Assembly: GCA_013239625.1 (NCBI GenBank)
Contig: MU053431.1
Span: forward strand, 124,001-188,000
Length of the DNA stretch: 64,000 nucleotides
Direction: 5' to 3'
Origin: Lama guanicoe
Lineage: Eukaryota
Shown: one piece after another, positions 11,461 to 24,161 of the stretch
Numbering within the stretch: the first letter of the stretch is position 1
How the letters are laid out: the number at the start of each line of letters is the position of its first letter
The notes under the pieces: generated by a model
The model's input: the letters and a program-made list of their open reading frames with translations, nothing else
Database searches by the model: none
Told to the model about the DNA's origin: nothing
Program-made: the position numbers and the translations under genes

Positions 11461-13174
11461 CAGTGAGAAAATATAAATGGAAAATTACTGGAGCTGAAAT
11501 TTTATTGCCAAGTTATTTATCTTTGTTATTACTTTCTGAATCCTTTTGTGCTTTTTGTTCAAGGCAATGGATCGAGGCACTCTTACTTACACTTTAAGCG
11601 GAGATTAGCAGGGAAAAATATTCCTCGCAGCACCACCAAATACCAGATTAAGTCTCAGCCATGCCTGTGATTTCTCTCATTACAATGAAATATCTAGAAA
11701 TGGAAGTAACAATAATAATTTTTTTGAAAGTTCTTTTCATAGACAGTTCACGTGGCTTCCTATTGATGTCACATAGCATTTCTTACTAGAATAGTCACGG
11801 TAAGAACAGGGCTCCCGTAAAGACGTGGCCTGGGGTTCCTGATTCCGGCCTCCAGCTCCTCAGGCCAGTGCCCTGACCACTTAGGGAGGTGTGCGGTGCT
11901 GTCTTAGGTGAGCCACACCAGTAAGATAATACCGGTATTAATAATCCGTCCTTTAATTAATTAATTAATAATGACCCATCTTTTACTTTTTCATAGAGCT
12001 GTTTACTTTTCACCATCATAGCCTACATTCTTTTAATTAAAAGTTGCATATGATTTTTATTAAAATGAAAACTAATTTTCTTTGTAAAATAAAAAAAAAT
12101 ACACACTTAAAACACATGCATACGTAAATGTATATATTGAAATGTTTTAACAAAGGTTGACGTTTTTTACCTTCATTCTTCATGCGATCATTTCCTGCCA
12201 TATTCAGAGAAAGATAAGTTTTTCTTTTTTAATTCCCTTACTTGATTTTTCACAGTAGTATGCCGAGGGCAGTGGGGCAGTGTCGCTGCTCTGACACTGG
12301 AGCACAGGGCTGTCAGAGCGAGGCCTGTCACCCAGCAGCACAGCACCCAAGGCAGGCCGGATGGAGCTCCTGAGAAGTGTTAGAAGTGCAGGTTCTCAGC
12401 CTCCCCCTGGAAGACGGTTCTCTCTCCTGAGATTTCAGAAATCTCAGGTTACATCTAGCAACGAGAGCGCAAGTAGCAGTGATGACAGCAGTGGGATTGT
12501 GGTCATTGATCTGTATGCTGAAAACTTATGAGGTGCCAAGGTTTTCTTGTTGTTTGTTCATTTAGCATGTATCATCTCCCTGATTCCTTTAGAAAGTCAT
12601 TCAGTAGGTGTGAGAGGAGGCTACTTGCCCCTTCTCCCCCCTGTGGGGGATGGGACCCCGACCTGCTCTATCTGAACAGGACACCTCGGGCCGTGGTGAT
12701 TTGTTTAGGGTAGGAAGGTGCCCCCAGAGGGCTGTATGCCTAGACTATGAGACTTTCAGTAGGGTCATTGGGCTGGGTGGGGTGAAGGTCTCTTCCTCTG
12801 AGATCAGAGCTGTCAAGTTCACGTTGTGTCGCCATCCCATCTCATGGAGAAAAAACTGTCACAGTCTGACCCACAGGAAAGTGACAGAGGAGACGGGAGA
12901 GTTGGGGACTTGACTTGAGCACAGACTCAGCCCCGTTCAAACCCCCGGGGCCTCCTGAACTTTTCGTGTTTTTCCTATAACTCAGGCTGAGCTCATTTTT
13001 GTCATTTGCAGCAGGAAGTCCTGAAAGTGTAATGACGCTCACAACCTCAGTGACAGAGGCTGACCCTGGGAGAGGCAAGGCCCGTTCTTCCCGGTGCCAT
13101 AGTTGGGAAGTGGCTGGGTCAGGATTCAGAGCCAGATTTACTCGCCTTGGAAACCTATGCTCCTAACCTCCCCA

Positions 13175-13352
13175 GCTCACATCAGAGTTAGCACATCAGA
13201 GTCACCCCGAGGACTTGCCAGAACACAGACAGCTAGACCCACCCCGGATCTCCTGACTCAGCGGGTCTGGGCTGGTGACTGAGATGTGCATTTCTGACAT
13301 GTTCCCAGGCTGTGCTGGTGCTGCTGCCCTGGGACCCACTCTGGGACCCGCT
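13175..13352. mobile_element. MER5A (hAT-Charlie)
   Basis: catcagagtcacc...ctgactcagcgggtctggg...tgcatttctgacatgttcccagg...gctgctg...gggacccactctg. Confidence 0.75.
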
Positions 13353-14171
13353 GTTGCCCCTAGAGCCCTAGAGCTGGGCACCCGGCCGTGAGGCCCCGGG
13401 CACCCAGCTGCTCTCTTTGCCGGGTTTCAGGGACATTCTGAAGGGATGGGTGGTGGGTAGGCTGACTGTTTCTTTCTCGTATTGAATGAAACATTACTAA
13501 GCCCTGGATTTTTCCAGCAGTAAATGACTGAAATCTTACTGAAATAAGCCCTACAGAGCAATTAGTCAGTCAGTCAGTCGATAAAAATGTTGTTCCAGTG
13601 TTCAGGAAGTACTGAGGCAGAGATGGTGTCAGATGTGGCTGAACCAAGAGGTCAAGGGTTGCTTTTTGGCTGGTGCATCTCTCCTTCTCTCCCCCTCTCT
13701 TCCTCTTTCACTCTCTCTCCCTCTCTCTCCCTCTCCCCCACCCTCTCCCTCTCTGGGCTCTGCTTCGGTAACTTGGAGAGCTGTTTGCATGTGGTACAGA
13801 AGCTGGCTGGGGCAGCTCCGGTGCCATGAAGGAGTCTTCCCTGCAAATGCCAACAGACAAGTGCCAGGGAGGCTCTACAGGACCAGGTCCAGGGCTTGAG
13901 CCCACTTTGGCAACAGCGCTGTCACAGGATCAGGCAGGGTCTGCTACCAGAAGTTGGGGGCTTGAAAACATGCAGGAAAGCCAGGAAGCACTGGTTACTT
14001 CCAAACGAAACTGTTTTCTGCAAATTTGTGTTCTAACATAAGAAATAGGGATGGGGGCCATTTAGCAAGGGAAGCGAGGAGTGGATTTCAGAATTACCCC
14101 AACAGCTAGGATATTTTGGAAAAGGAGCTAAAGAGATGGTGAAAACCTTGAGAACAGTCCTCTGGGAAGCC

Positions 14172-14706
14172 TGTGGAGGGCAGAGTAACAGCCTCCAAAG
14201 ATGTCTACTCTAGTCCCTGGGACCTGTAAATATGTCACCTTACGTGACAAAAGGCACACTGGAGATAGGATTAAAATGAGGACCTGGGATGGGAGATTAT
14301 CCTGGATTAGCGGGGGGCTCGGTGCAATCTCATGACCCCTTAAAGGTGGATGAAGAAGGCAGAGAAGAGTGTTCAGAGTTGAGATGAAGAGGAGAGAGAG
14401 ATTGACACCTCTAGAGGGACTCAGTTCACTTGCAGCCCTGAAGGTGCTACATCAGGGAGCTGTGAGCCCAGGCGTGCAGGTGGCCCCAGGGAGCTAGGAA
14501 GGGTCTTCAACTGACAGCCAGCAAGGAAGTGGGGCCTCTGCTCCAGCAACACGAAGGGTATCCTGCCAGCACCATGATGAGCAGGAATGCTCTTCTCGTT
14601 GAGACCAGTGCGAACTCTGCCTCCAGAATGAGGAGGTAATACATGATGTTGTCTGAGTCCCTGCGTCTGTGATCATTTGCTACAGTAGCAGCAGAAAACT
14701 AATACA
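14172..14706 (+). mobile_element. MaLR LTR (MLT1D/E-like), near full length
   Basis: tgtgg...ccaaagatgtc...gggagattatcctggatta...; ends atttgctacagtagcagcagaaaactaataca. Confidence 0.85.
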
Positions 14707-14739
14707 GAAAAAGACCCATGCTGCATCACATCGAGAGAG

Positions 14740-14925
14740 ATGAGCTGGGCTGCAGATTCTGGCTCTTTGTCTCAACTGGGTGTGCCTTGGCCTCTTAGAG
14801 GCTCAGCCTCCCTGCCTCTAACATAAAGAATGGTACGACCACCTCCTGGGGTTGTGTGTTCGCTGGTTAAGATTATCCTTTAGCACAGCATCTGGCACAT
14901 GCAAAGTGCTCAATGACTGTTGGAT
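14740..14925 (+). mobile_element. MIR SINE
   Basis: Degenerate core plus tail ttagcacagcatctggcacat...gtgctcaat. Confidence 0.6.
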
Positions 14926-16776
14926 TGAGAAGTGAGGGAAACAGAGCTCCTGAATAGGTTTTGGATTTTTAAAAAATAGATAAACTAGGTCAAAAAGAAA
15001 TATAGCTTGAATATATGTTGCAGGCTAATTCAGTTTTGAAGTCTTTTGAGAGCTTTTATATTTTCATCACTGTACAGTTGTGGCGTGCTGGAAATACTCC
15101 CAAATACATTGAAATTTCATTAGAAGGTAACACGCAAGTCCACACCTTATTTTTCTTGAAAGAAAGGGGATGCAAAAGGAAGGCAGCAAGGAGCACATCA
15201 TTTTAAAACTCCACTTCCAAAGCATCCACTTGGTGACATTTAAAATAGCAACAGGTCCACACGCCTCAGCTGCGGTGTCGCAGGAAGCTGAAAACCAAGC
15301 ACGAGAACACGGGATTATTCCTGTGTGAAAAGGGGAGTCTTGTAAGAGCTCACACTTGCATGTTCCCCATTTCTTACAGCTGGATGTGGGGTTCTCCTTC
15401 AGACTGCTTTTCCTTTTCACTCACACGCACACACACCACAGTCCTTTACCCAACTTGTTTATTCTTGTCTTTTTGGAAGGACATAGAAACTCGGCATCTT
15501 GGGGTGCAAGTCCTAGCTCTACCCCTGGCCAGGGCTTGGCCACGGGCTGGTTCCCTGCCGGCCATGTGTCTCTGAGCCCGTGAGCCCGCCTGTCACATGA
15601 GGGTGGAAGCGGTGACTGTCGGACTGGTGGGGCTCTTGGAGGGGGCACTCGGAGCCAGCTCCTCCCTCTGCAGGCTCTGCTGTTTCTGTCGCCTGCACTT
15701 GCCCCATGCGCCTGGCCTCTGACTGTGCCACTGTTTCTGACCCCAGTGCTGCCTAAGTTAATCGAGGTCCAGGGACTACGGATCTCATCAGCCTGTCCTT
15801 TACTTTTCAGCTCCTTTTCTCTCCATGACTTAGTTGCTCTTGTTCTAGGAGTGTGTTCACCTTGAATATTCCCCATCTTCTGCCTTGCCCCCTCCCCCCG
15901 CCTCATGCCCTGAGTGTCTAGAAGTCCTTGTCCTCAGTCCGCTCGGCCGGGCCAGGCTCACACATATGCCCTTACAGAACGGATCTTTGCTCATTGGTTT
16001 ACTAACATAAAACCATTTTCTAAGTCACTATTACAATAACAATGATCATTGCAATTGAATTGCAATTCAAGGCGCCTTGTAGTGTTTCAGTGATTATTTT
16101 ATCTCTCCGTTACCAATGCTGTTAATAACTCATGAGGGTTCTGTCCATCATCTACTCCGATTAGCTACGAGTCATCCACAGTGGAAGCAGGAGCTCCTCC
16201 ACAGAGCCCTGTCCACAGTGCGAGTGCCCTTGGTGACATCCTCATCAGCTTCTGTTTGACCCCTGGACTGTCCCCACGTCCACCTGTCCAGCGGCCCCTG
16301 GGGAGCTCTCTAGCCTGGCAGCATCTCAGGCCCGTCAGCAGGTTCCCTTTGACTTGACATCTCCCTCTCTTCTGATGGGCTGAGGTCAGCCCCAAGGTCA
16401 GTCTGTTGGAGGTGAGCTGGGCGTCTGCGGGTCTGCACGGAAAGACCGGGCCCAGCTCAGCCCGTCTCTCTCCAGGGCTTAGGGCGTCTGAGGGGCCGCC
16501 ACAGCAGACCTGCAGGGGCCCTCCTTGGGATTTAGGGTCTCTGAGAGAGGACTTGAGGGCTGGAAGGAATCACCACAGGGGATGAGGGGCCTGAGACAGG
16601 GAAGGCCGGAGGCTGGTAAGGAGCAAGGGGACCAGTGTGGCCTGGGGGGTGGGAAACAGCCAGAGAGGCACAGCCTGGGGGCTGGGAAGGTGCTGGTTTG
16701 TGCCGAGACCGATGTGAGCAGCAGGGAGTGGGGCCAGGGGAGCGCAGAAGGGTGACTGTGGGCACCCGGGCCATCC

Positions 16777-17004
16777 AGGGACAGAGTGACCCCTCAAATT
16801 TAGCCTCTGTGTTTCCTGATGACCCTCAGATCATGCTGTGGACAGAGTGTCTGTGCTTCTCTCTCACGCTCATCATCGACCACGGCGGTCATTCCGTGGC
16901 AGCAACACACACCCACGGGGGCTGGGCCAGCACTTCTCAGCCAGGGATGATTCTGTCCCCAGGGGACACTTGACAGTGTCTGGGGACATCCTGCTTGTCA
17001 CCAC

Positions 17005-17038
<34 letters not shown>

Positions 17039-17370
17039 CGCGCGCTCCTGGCATCCACTGGGTAGGTAGAGGGATGGAAAGGGACAGAGTGACCCCTCAA
17101 ATTTAGCCTCTGTGTTTCCTGATGACCCTCAGATCATGCTGTGGACAGAGTGTCTGTGCTTCTCTCTCACGCTCATCATCGACCACGGCGGTCATTCCGT
17201 GGCAGCAACACACACCCACGGGGGCTGGGCCAGCACTTCTCAGCCAGGGATGATTCTGTCCCCAGGGGACACTTGACAGTGTCTGGGGACATCCTGCTTG
17301 TCACCACTGTGTGTGTGTGTGTGTGTGTGTGTGCGTGCGCGCACGCGCGCGCTCCTGGCATCTAGTGGGT
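16777..17370. repeat. Near-identical tandem duplication, period 303 bp (copies start at 16777 and 17080)
   Basis: agggacagagtgacccctcaaatttagcc... is repeated essentially identically up to the (TG)13 tract. The copies differ only in the CG tract and the last ~25 bp. Confidence 0.97.
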
Positions 17371-17470
17371 AGAGGCAGGGATACTTCTAGGCACCCTACC
17401 GTGCCCAGGACAGAGCCCGGAAACAGACCCGTCTGTCCCAATGTCGGCAGTGCCAAGGTTAGGGAGCCTT
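17231..17470 (+). mobile_element. MER20 (hAT) with internal (TG)n(CG)n; its 5' half is duplicated at about 16928-17065
   Basis: ccccaggggacacttgacagtgtctggggacat...ctggcatctagtgggtagaggc...agtgccaaggtt. Confidence 0.85.
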
Positions 17471-17489
17471 GAGCCACACACTAAATACG

Positions 17490-17640
17490 CAGTATTCTTT
17501 GCTTCATTGAATCCTATTAGGCATCCTGTTAAGAATATGGTTCCCATTTTACAGCTGGGGAAACTGAGACCTGGGGGCATTGTCCCGAGTGCCTCAGCTG
17601 GTGGGTGGAGCAGGGATTTGAATCCGGGTTTGACCTGCAG
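17490..17640 (-). mobile_element. MIR SINE
   Basis: cccattttacagctggggaaactgag...gggatttgaatcc. Confidence 0.7.
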
Positions 17641-20600
17641 CTTGTGCTTGTAGTGGTGCAGGACTCTCCCTGGCAGGGCGTCTGGCACATAGCAGGTGTT
17701 CTGCAGAGTGGGGAATGAGAACAAGGGGAAACCTCCCTTGATTTTGAAATGCAAGCTCTTTGGGATGCGCCGAGTATTGCTTTGTGTCTTGCTCTGCACC
17801 AGACACTCTCAGGCTTTTCCTGTGGGATTTGCTCAGTCTGTCTCCCCCCGAAATCATTCAGAACGTTGTCAGTACCTCCCCTTACTCATCAACAAACCCT
17901 CGGACAGGCAGGCCAGGAGTTAGGACAGCTCCTTGTCAGATTCCAGGAAACTGGGATTCAGCGGGCAGGTGACCTGCCAAGTATCACCCTTGTCCACGGG
18001 ACCTGCGGGCTCCAGACATCTCAAGTCCCCCTCTCCGGGGTCTCTGGTAGAATGTGCTATGGCTGCCTGTGATCTTCGAAGGTCCCTGGCATTTGAGACA
18101 CCAGCAGGCAGCTGCTGGGTCACAGAACAGAAGTTTCTGGACCTGCTATGTGGCAGGGGAGCCTGGTGACCCACTGATGCAAGAGGATGTGGGCGGGGGT
18201 CTGACTTGATGGCCATATGTGTGGATTCAGTGTGGCAAACATACATGGCCGACTCGCTCTACCCAACTCCTGTGTTCCATTTTGCTCAAGCGCACTTGCA
18301 AATGGGGCACCTTGATGGTGATCACAGGGGACACTTTGGCGGGGGGCTCAGGAGGATCCAAACGTGAGTTCTGTGTGTGTGGTTCCAGTTTATCAGCTGA
18401 ACGGGGCTGGTGTGGACACTGGGACAGGACATTAAGAGCACTGAGGCGGCTCATGGTGACCTCTGCACATTTCTTAAAGTTCAGGTTGCAGATTGTCACT
18501 GAGCCTTCAGGCCCTGTTCGGGCACTGGGGATACTTACGTGCATCCTAGAGGGCCCTGCCCTCCATGGGTGTGCGGGCTGTTAAAAGGGATGTGTTGCAA
18601 GTGAGGAGCTGCAGGGAGGCCTCCCCCCAGTCCCGAGCCCTGCTCACCGGCCCCTCTTCCGGAGCTGCCTGCTTCCTTCCCCTCAGCTGGGTGTCACCGG
18701 CAGGTCTGTCCCCCACCGCCCAGCAGGCTCTGGGCTTCCCGAGCCCTTTCTGTCCCACCACTCCACCCCCTACTCCCGGTAAAGGCCTCCTGACTTGCTC
18801 TGTCCTGGCTGTGAGCTGCCTGCGGGTGGGGCCTTTGCACTGCGGGCAGCCGTGCTGTTTGCTGAATGAATGAAGGAAAGCACCGACGTGGTGTGGAGGC
18901 TCCAGCAAAGCTCGCTGCAGAGGGAGAGCGTGAGTCCATGTCCAGCAGCCTTTCCTGCAGAAAGGGAGGACTCTGGGTGCCAGGCATCAGCCTCACCCAC
19001 ACTGGGAGGCTGTAAGGTCGCCGCGAGTGTGGGGCACGGCAGCCGGGTAACCCTGTGAGCCAGCAGGTGGGCAGGAGGGCTTCACCCACTGAGCAAAGTG
19101 AGTCCACCCATGAGCCACACGTGGGCCCGTGGCTCGTCATGGTCGGGATTTTCAGCCGCAGAAAGTCCTCCACTTCCTGCTTTAGATGAGAAACCCAAGG
19201 GTGTTCTCTCCTCCTCCACAAGGCAGGTGCGTTACGTGATGTGGGGTCCGGGAGCCCCCTCCAGTGTCCCTGAAATCATCCCTCTGGCTACACTGACCCA
19301 GTCTCCCTGGGAGACCCACCTGCTTCCCTGCCAACGCGCCCAAACACAACCCAGGGGAAAAATCAAACCTCTTGGCTGCCGTTGCTAAGAATTCTTGTTA
19401 CCAAGAAAATCCATGCATATAACATAAACTGCTGGGTTTTTTTTTTTTAAGAGGACAAAAATCAGGGTTAAGTTTGGGTTTCGGCCTCCTACAAAAATAT
19501 ACTAGAAAAAAATGTGAGGTTTAGTAGAAGGAAACACACAGACAGGATCACAGGAAAGGCTTAATAGCTAGGTTTTGTGTGGCAAAAGCTGTGGCCACCG
19601 TGAGATCAGCTTCTCTCTCTCTTTCTCAGACACGCACACACGCACTCCCTCTCTGTCTCTCTCGCTCTCTCCCTTCTGAGTCTCTGCCCCATTTCACCTT
19701 CATCTTTTGAAATGTGTCTTTTCTTCCCAACCACGCTCATGGTTGCCATGCAAACAGCAGAACCCACTCTAGCTCAGAGGTAGTTTCAACATAATGGGGA
19801 TTTCTTCGAGGAACTTGGTGAGCTCATGAAATCCCTAGGAAGGTCGAGACTTGGGATTAGAAGCCCCACTTGGGACCCCTGGACGGTGATGCTCACTGCA
19901 CCATGACCTCTCTACTGCTCTTGGTGGAGCCCCGGGCAGGCGTCCTGCGGTGAGGACAGGACACGCTGTGGGCCCTGCCAGTCCTGTGTCGGGTGAGGAC
20001 CGGAGCCCATGGTCCTCCGCTCACGGCCATGGCTCAGTGATAAGTGCCCAGGCTGCCTGTGGCTGACCGTGAGTCTCTGATCTTTACTGAAGTCCTGCTG
20101 GGGGCCTGAGAGCAGGGGTGTGGGGGTGCCTGTTGTTACTTAGCCTGTGGGCTCATCCGCCTTGGCTTGCGCGGGGCTGTGTCCTGCGGCGTCTGTGCCT
20201 GACGTTGTATGTCTTAGATTAATTCCTGATATGGTCATTTCATCGGGATAATTCTATCAAGATTTTTTTCTCTTGTCTTATGACTTGCTTTCTTGGTTAC
20301 TTTATTAAAATTTAAAATATCTTGGTAAGGCCACTTCTTTTCTTGTGACAAAAGTACAGCTCTTCCAACTTTGCCCTTGACAACTTGCAGACCAAACTAT
20401 TCTGGCTTCGCTGGGAGAGTGGGGCAGAGCTCAGGGGGGAGGGTTGTTGAGAGCAGACTCTTACCTTTTAGTCTAAATGTTTCTGTATGGATTTAATTAT
20501 TTGTAACCATCAGAAACTATTTTGTTGAATTGTTTTAAGCAATAAAAGATGACTTCTAGACTTGGTAATATTTTTTTTTCTTACAACCTTTTTCAAGAGC

Positions 20601-23600
20601 AGTCCTTTGCTTTCCGAGATGTAGATATGTAACAAGACTTTTGTGAAATAAATTTTAAGAAGTGCCCATTAAAAAAATTGACTAATAGCTCTTCCTCCAG
20701 GGAAAATAATGTGGATAGCAAAGCTGCATGCAATTCAGAAATATGCCTTAACAGAGGTTTTTAAGGCCACTTGGCCTAACTGCCTTTTACAGCTAAAATG
20801 GGGATTTTTATTGGGTTCTGCTGGATTGCCCAAGGGTGCAAAGGTACAGCTGCCAGCTCCCATATATACATGCAGAGAGAGACTTAGTGCAAGCAAATGA
20901 CTTCCATCTGGGCCATCACTGAAAACCATAAGAATGGATAATTTATAAAAACCTGGGCAGTTTTTTGGTGGTTAGTTGGTGACTGGCTTTCTGAAGAAGG
21001 ACTAACAGAGCAAGGAGACAGAGAAAATCCTGTATTTGGTCTCACCAAGAGTTAAATCCTTATCTAGGCAGGTGTCTGCCTCTTGCAGGTAGGCAGGTAA
21101 GCCAGTCAGCTGGTCGTGGAGGCAGGACACCTAGGGATGGAAAATGAGCCGAGCTTGGAGAGTGACCCCTGGTGGACGGAGAGCCTCCCTGCACGTCACA
21201 GACGTCCCTAGGGGAACCGACCTCCTCCCACCTGACCTCCTGCAGGGCCCTCCTCCCTCCCCTCTCCGAGCCCCACATTCCCTGCACTCCTCTCTCACCT
21301 AGTCAGCCAAAAAGAAGTGCATCCCTGAAGCTACAGTAGCCAAAACACTGCAAGTTCTCTCCCTCTCCACTGCCCCCCAGCTCCTCCACTCACAAATGAG
21401 ACGTGTGTTTCTTAGATACGAATCTGAAATTAATGCATTCGAGTTTGGTTCCTCAGGGAAAAAGTGGGATAATCAGCAAATGTCAAAATGTTTCCTCCAG
21501 ATTTCTAAACGAGGGGAAAATACAACAATGTAGTTCCCCCGGGGAGTTGCCTGGCCACCCATTTCTTCCACCAACATGATGAGTCTGTTTGCTGTTTCCT
21601 AGAGTAAACCCACTTGGGGATATTTTATGCTGAAGGTCTTGGAGCCCAGAGGGAGACACCATCCCTTTCACAGAGGAGTCCTGATTCCCAGGGATCTAAG
21701 GCAGCACCCCTGGGCTCCAGGCACTTCGCTTAGCCATGATCTCAGGACTGTCCTGTCTCTCTGCAGGTCTGGGAGACCCCCAGCCACTACCCGGCATTGG
21801 GCTACTTCTCCGGGTAGCACTGGTTAACCTCCAGGATCTAATAGAACTGGAAATCTTTATTGGAATTATCCAAGCCATTACCTCGCTCACTGTGTTAGCT
21901 CTGCCCTCAAGCGCTCTTGACTGCGTATCATGGGGATGGAGTGCTTTGTCGATTGGAACTCAAGCCTTCCGATCTTAATTAGAGATGTGCCAAAGTACCT
22001 GAATTTAACAGAGAAGGTTGGCAGACAGTTCTCTCTCCTCTTGCATTTAATGTCTTCATTACTGATTACTGTCCATACCATGCAGAATGAAACATGCTCT
22101 GCAGAAAAGCACGAAGGTTGACGTGCAGCTACATCTGCAGGGCAAGTTCCACGCAGAGCTCTGCCCTGTTCACAACACGGAGCCAAGATGTCAGCATGTC
22201 CCCCAGCCCCTCCCTGTACTCCACCCAGCAGCCTGGCCTGGCAGGCCCAGGAGGGGCCGACACCTAGGCGGGGAGATGCATTATTCACGGGCTAGCTCCC
22301 AGCCACAGATAACTCAATATTCTGCTCTCAGTCTTTTCCAGTGTTATCGGTATTCATCTTCGCCTTTTGTAAAGAAGGCTGCTAAGTAATTGTTAAATAG
22401 CTCTTGTGCTCCCTGAATAAATTGGAGATACAGAAAAATAATAGAAGTATGATTGCAACATATTCATTTGGTTGTATTTGCCCTGATTTAGTGGCGCATA
22501 CACAGCAGACAGAGCTGTAGGGTTCCAGAATTCCTGAGGAGGGTCCAGGCCACACCTCGCTTTCCAACAGAAAGGTTTCCTCTGACATCAGTGACCCGTA
22601 ACGTTCCCTAATCATGCGCCATCCTGCCACGGGGACCACTCGTACCATCAGCGACTACTTCTCCACCAGAGAACCAGGCAGTGATCCCATTCACATGGAA
22701 ATTCTGCCAGCCTTATTCTCCTGTTTAAGCTAAAACATTTCCGTTTGAGACAGGAACATTTTAACTACCACATCCGTATGCTTTGCAAAGTGAAATTCGC
22801 AGGTTCAGATCTTCCCAGTCCAAGCAATGGCTTGTGAGCACGGTACTTACAGCTGGAGGAAACTGTTTCTGTAACACTCGGTGGGAAGGAATAAACAGGG
22901 TTTTGAGAAGAAAGGTAAAGTGTTTCCAGAGATTCCATGAGGAGAGAGGAATAAGGAAAACAGTAACTGTTTCCAGGAAAATTCACCCGGCAAAGCAACA
23001 CCCGCTTTAGCTTTTACACAAAAGAGAACATTTCAGGGAGAGTGATTTAGACCATGGGCTCTGGGCTCCATCATTCTTCCTCCGGAACCAAGTACTGGCT
23101 GAACTTGGGGCTGATCAGGGGCCACATCCCCTTCCTCCAAGCACTGGGGCTCCCAACAGGAAAGAAAGCAGGTGCTTTGGGAGGAGAGCTCCTGGCTCGG
23201 GCGGGGACCTCCCCAGGTTTTTAGGTGGAGCACGGGAGGGAGGGTCAGTGATGGACGAAGGTGACCCTGGGGGTGCAGTGGAATCCTGCCAGCCTGCTCT
23301 GTGTTCCAGCTCCGCCCTCACATTGTGGGGCTTCTGCTTGCCCTTGGCCTTGAGCTGCCACTGATAAACTCAGGCACTTGACACTGTGTATACTGAGAGC
23401 TTAATCCATGACTCCCCGGTCACAGAGAGGGCACAGATATTTATAAGCACATGTGTCTATTAAGTAACTCGCGGAGGCCAGTCTCTTGCTCTCAAACTTG
23501 CCTTTATAGTCCTGGCTTTTTGGTCACGCTGAGTTTGTCATTTGTGCCAGTCCTTCTCCTGTCCCTTGGGACCCTGCCCTATGCTGCGCTTCTTCTGTGC

Positions 23601-23965
23601 TGGGACATCTTAGTTTTTCCTGGTCCCCTCTTTCCCCTCCTGGTCCCCGGCCATCACTCCTTCCAGGCACGTGCCTCTCTCCTTGCTCTGCTCGCTGCTC
23701 ACAGCTCGTACTTGTGGCCCTCTCTTCACCACTGCCTGCTCCTTGGCATCTTGTTTTAGACGCTGTCACATCAGTCCAGCCCTGAACCTCCACCAGCCTC
23801 CATACATCTTTGCACAGGTGGGCTGTAGACACCCCAGACCCACAGGCCCGAACGCATGGGATCTGCCAAATTGATTTCTCCCGCGACTTCTGAGACCTTT
23901 AAATAGAATCTTGGCTCTCCCACTCGCCCCACAGGGATGGATGCATGCAGCACGTGGATTTAAAC

Positions 23966-24161
23966 AGCGGTTCTCAAGCAGCAGGGTTTCTCCCCCTCCC
24001 CCACGGGACAGCTGGTAACGTCTGCAGACATGATTGTCGTGAGTGGTGACACCAGTGGGTGGAGGTCAGTGATGCTGCTGACATCCTACGGCGCGCAGCT
24101 CGGCCACCCACAGAGCTCCACGCGGGCCACAGTGTCCACAGTGCCAAGGCTGACAAGCCCT
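23966..24161 (+). mobile_element. MER20 (hAT)
   Basis: Starts cagcggttctcaa and ends agtgccaaggctgacaagccctg; internal agtgggtggaggtcagtgatgctgctgacatcctac. Confidence 0.8.

Noticed and set aside
16838..17365. Two near-identical 74-75 aa ORFs suggesting a duplicated gene
   Set aside because: They are by-products of the 303-bp duplication and run through MER20 and a microsatellite.
19742..19755. RFX X-box-like GTTGCCATGCAAAC
   Set aside because: It appears to lie in the end of an old MLT1-like fragment, and a single motif has no other support.
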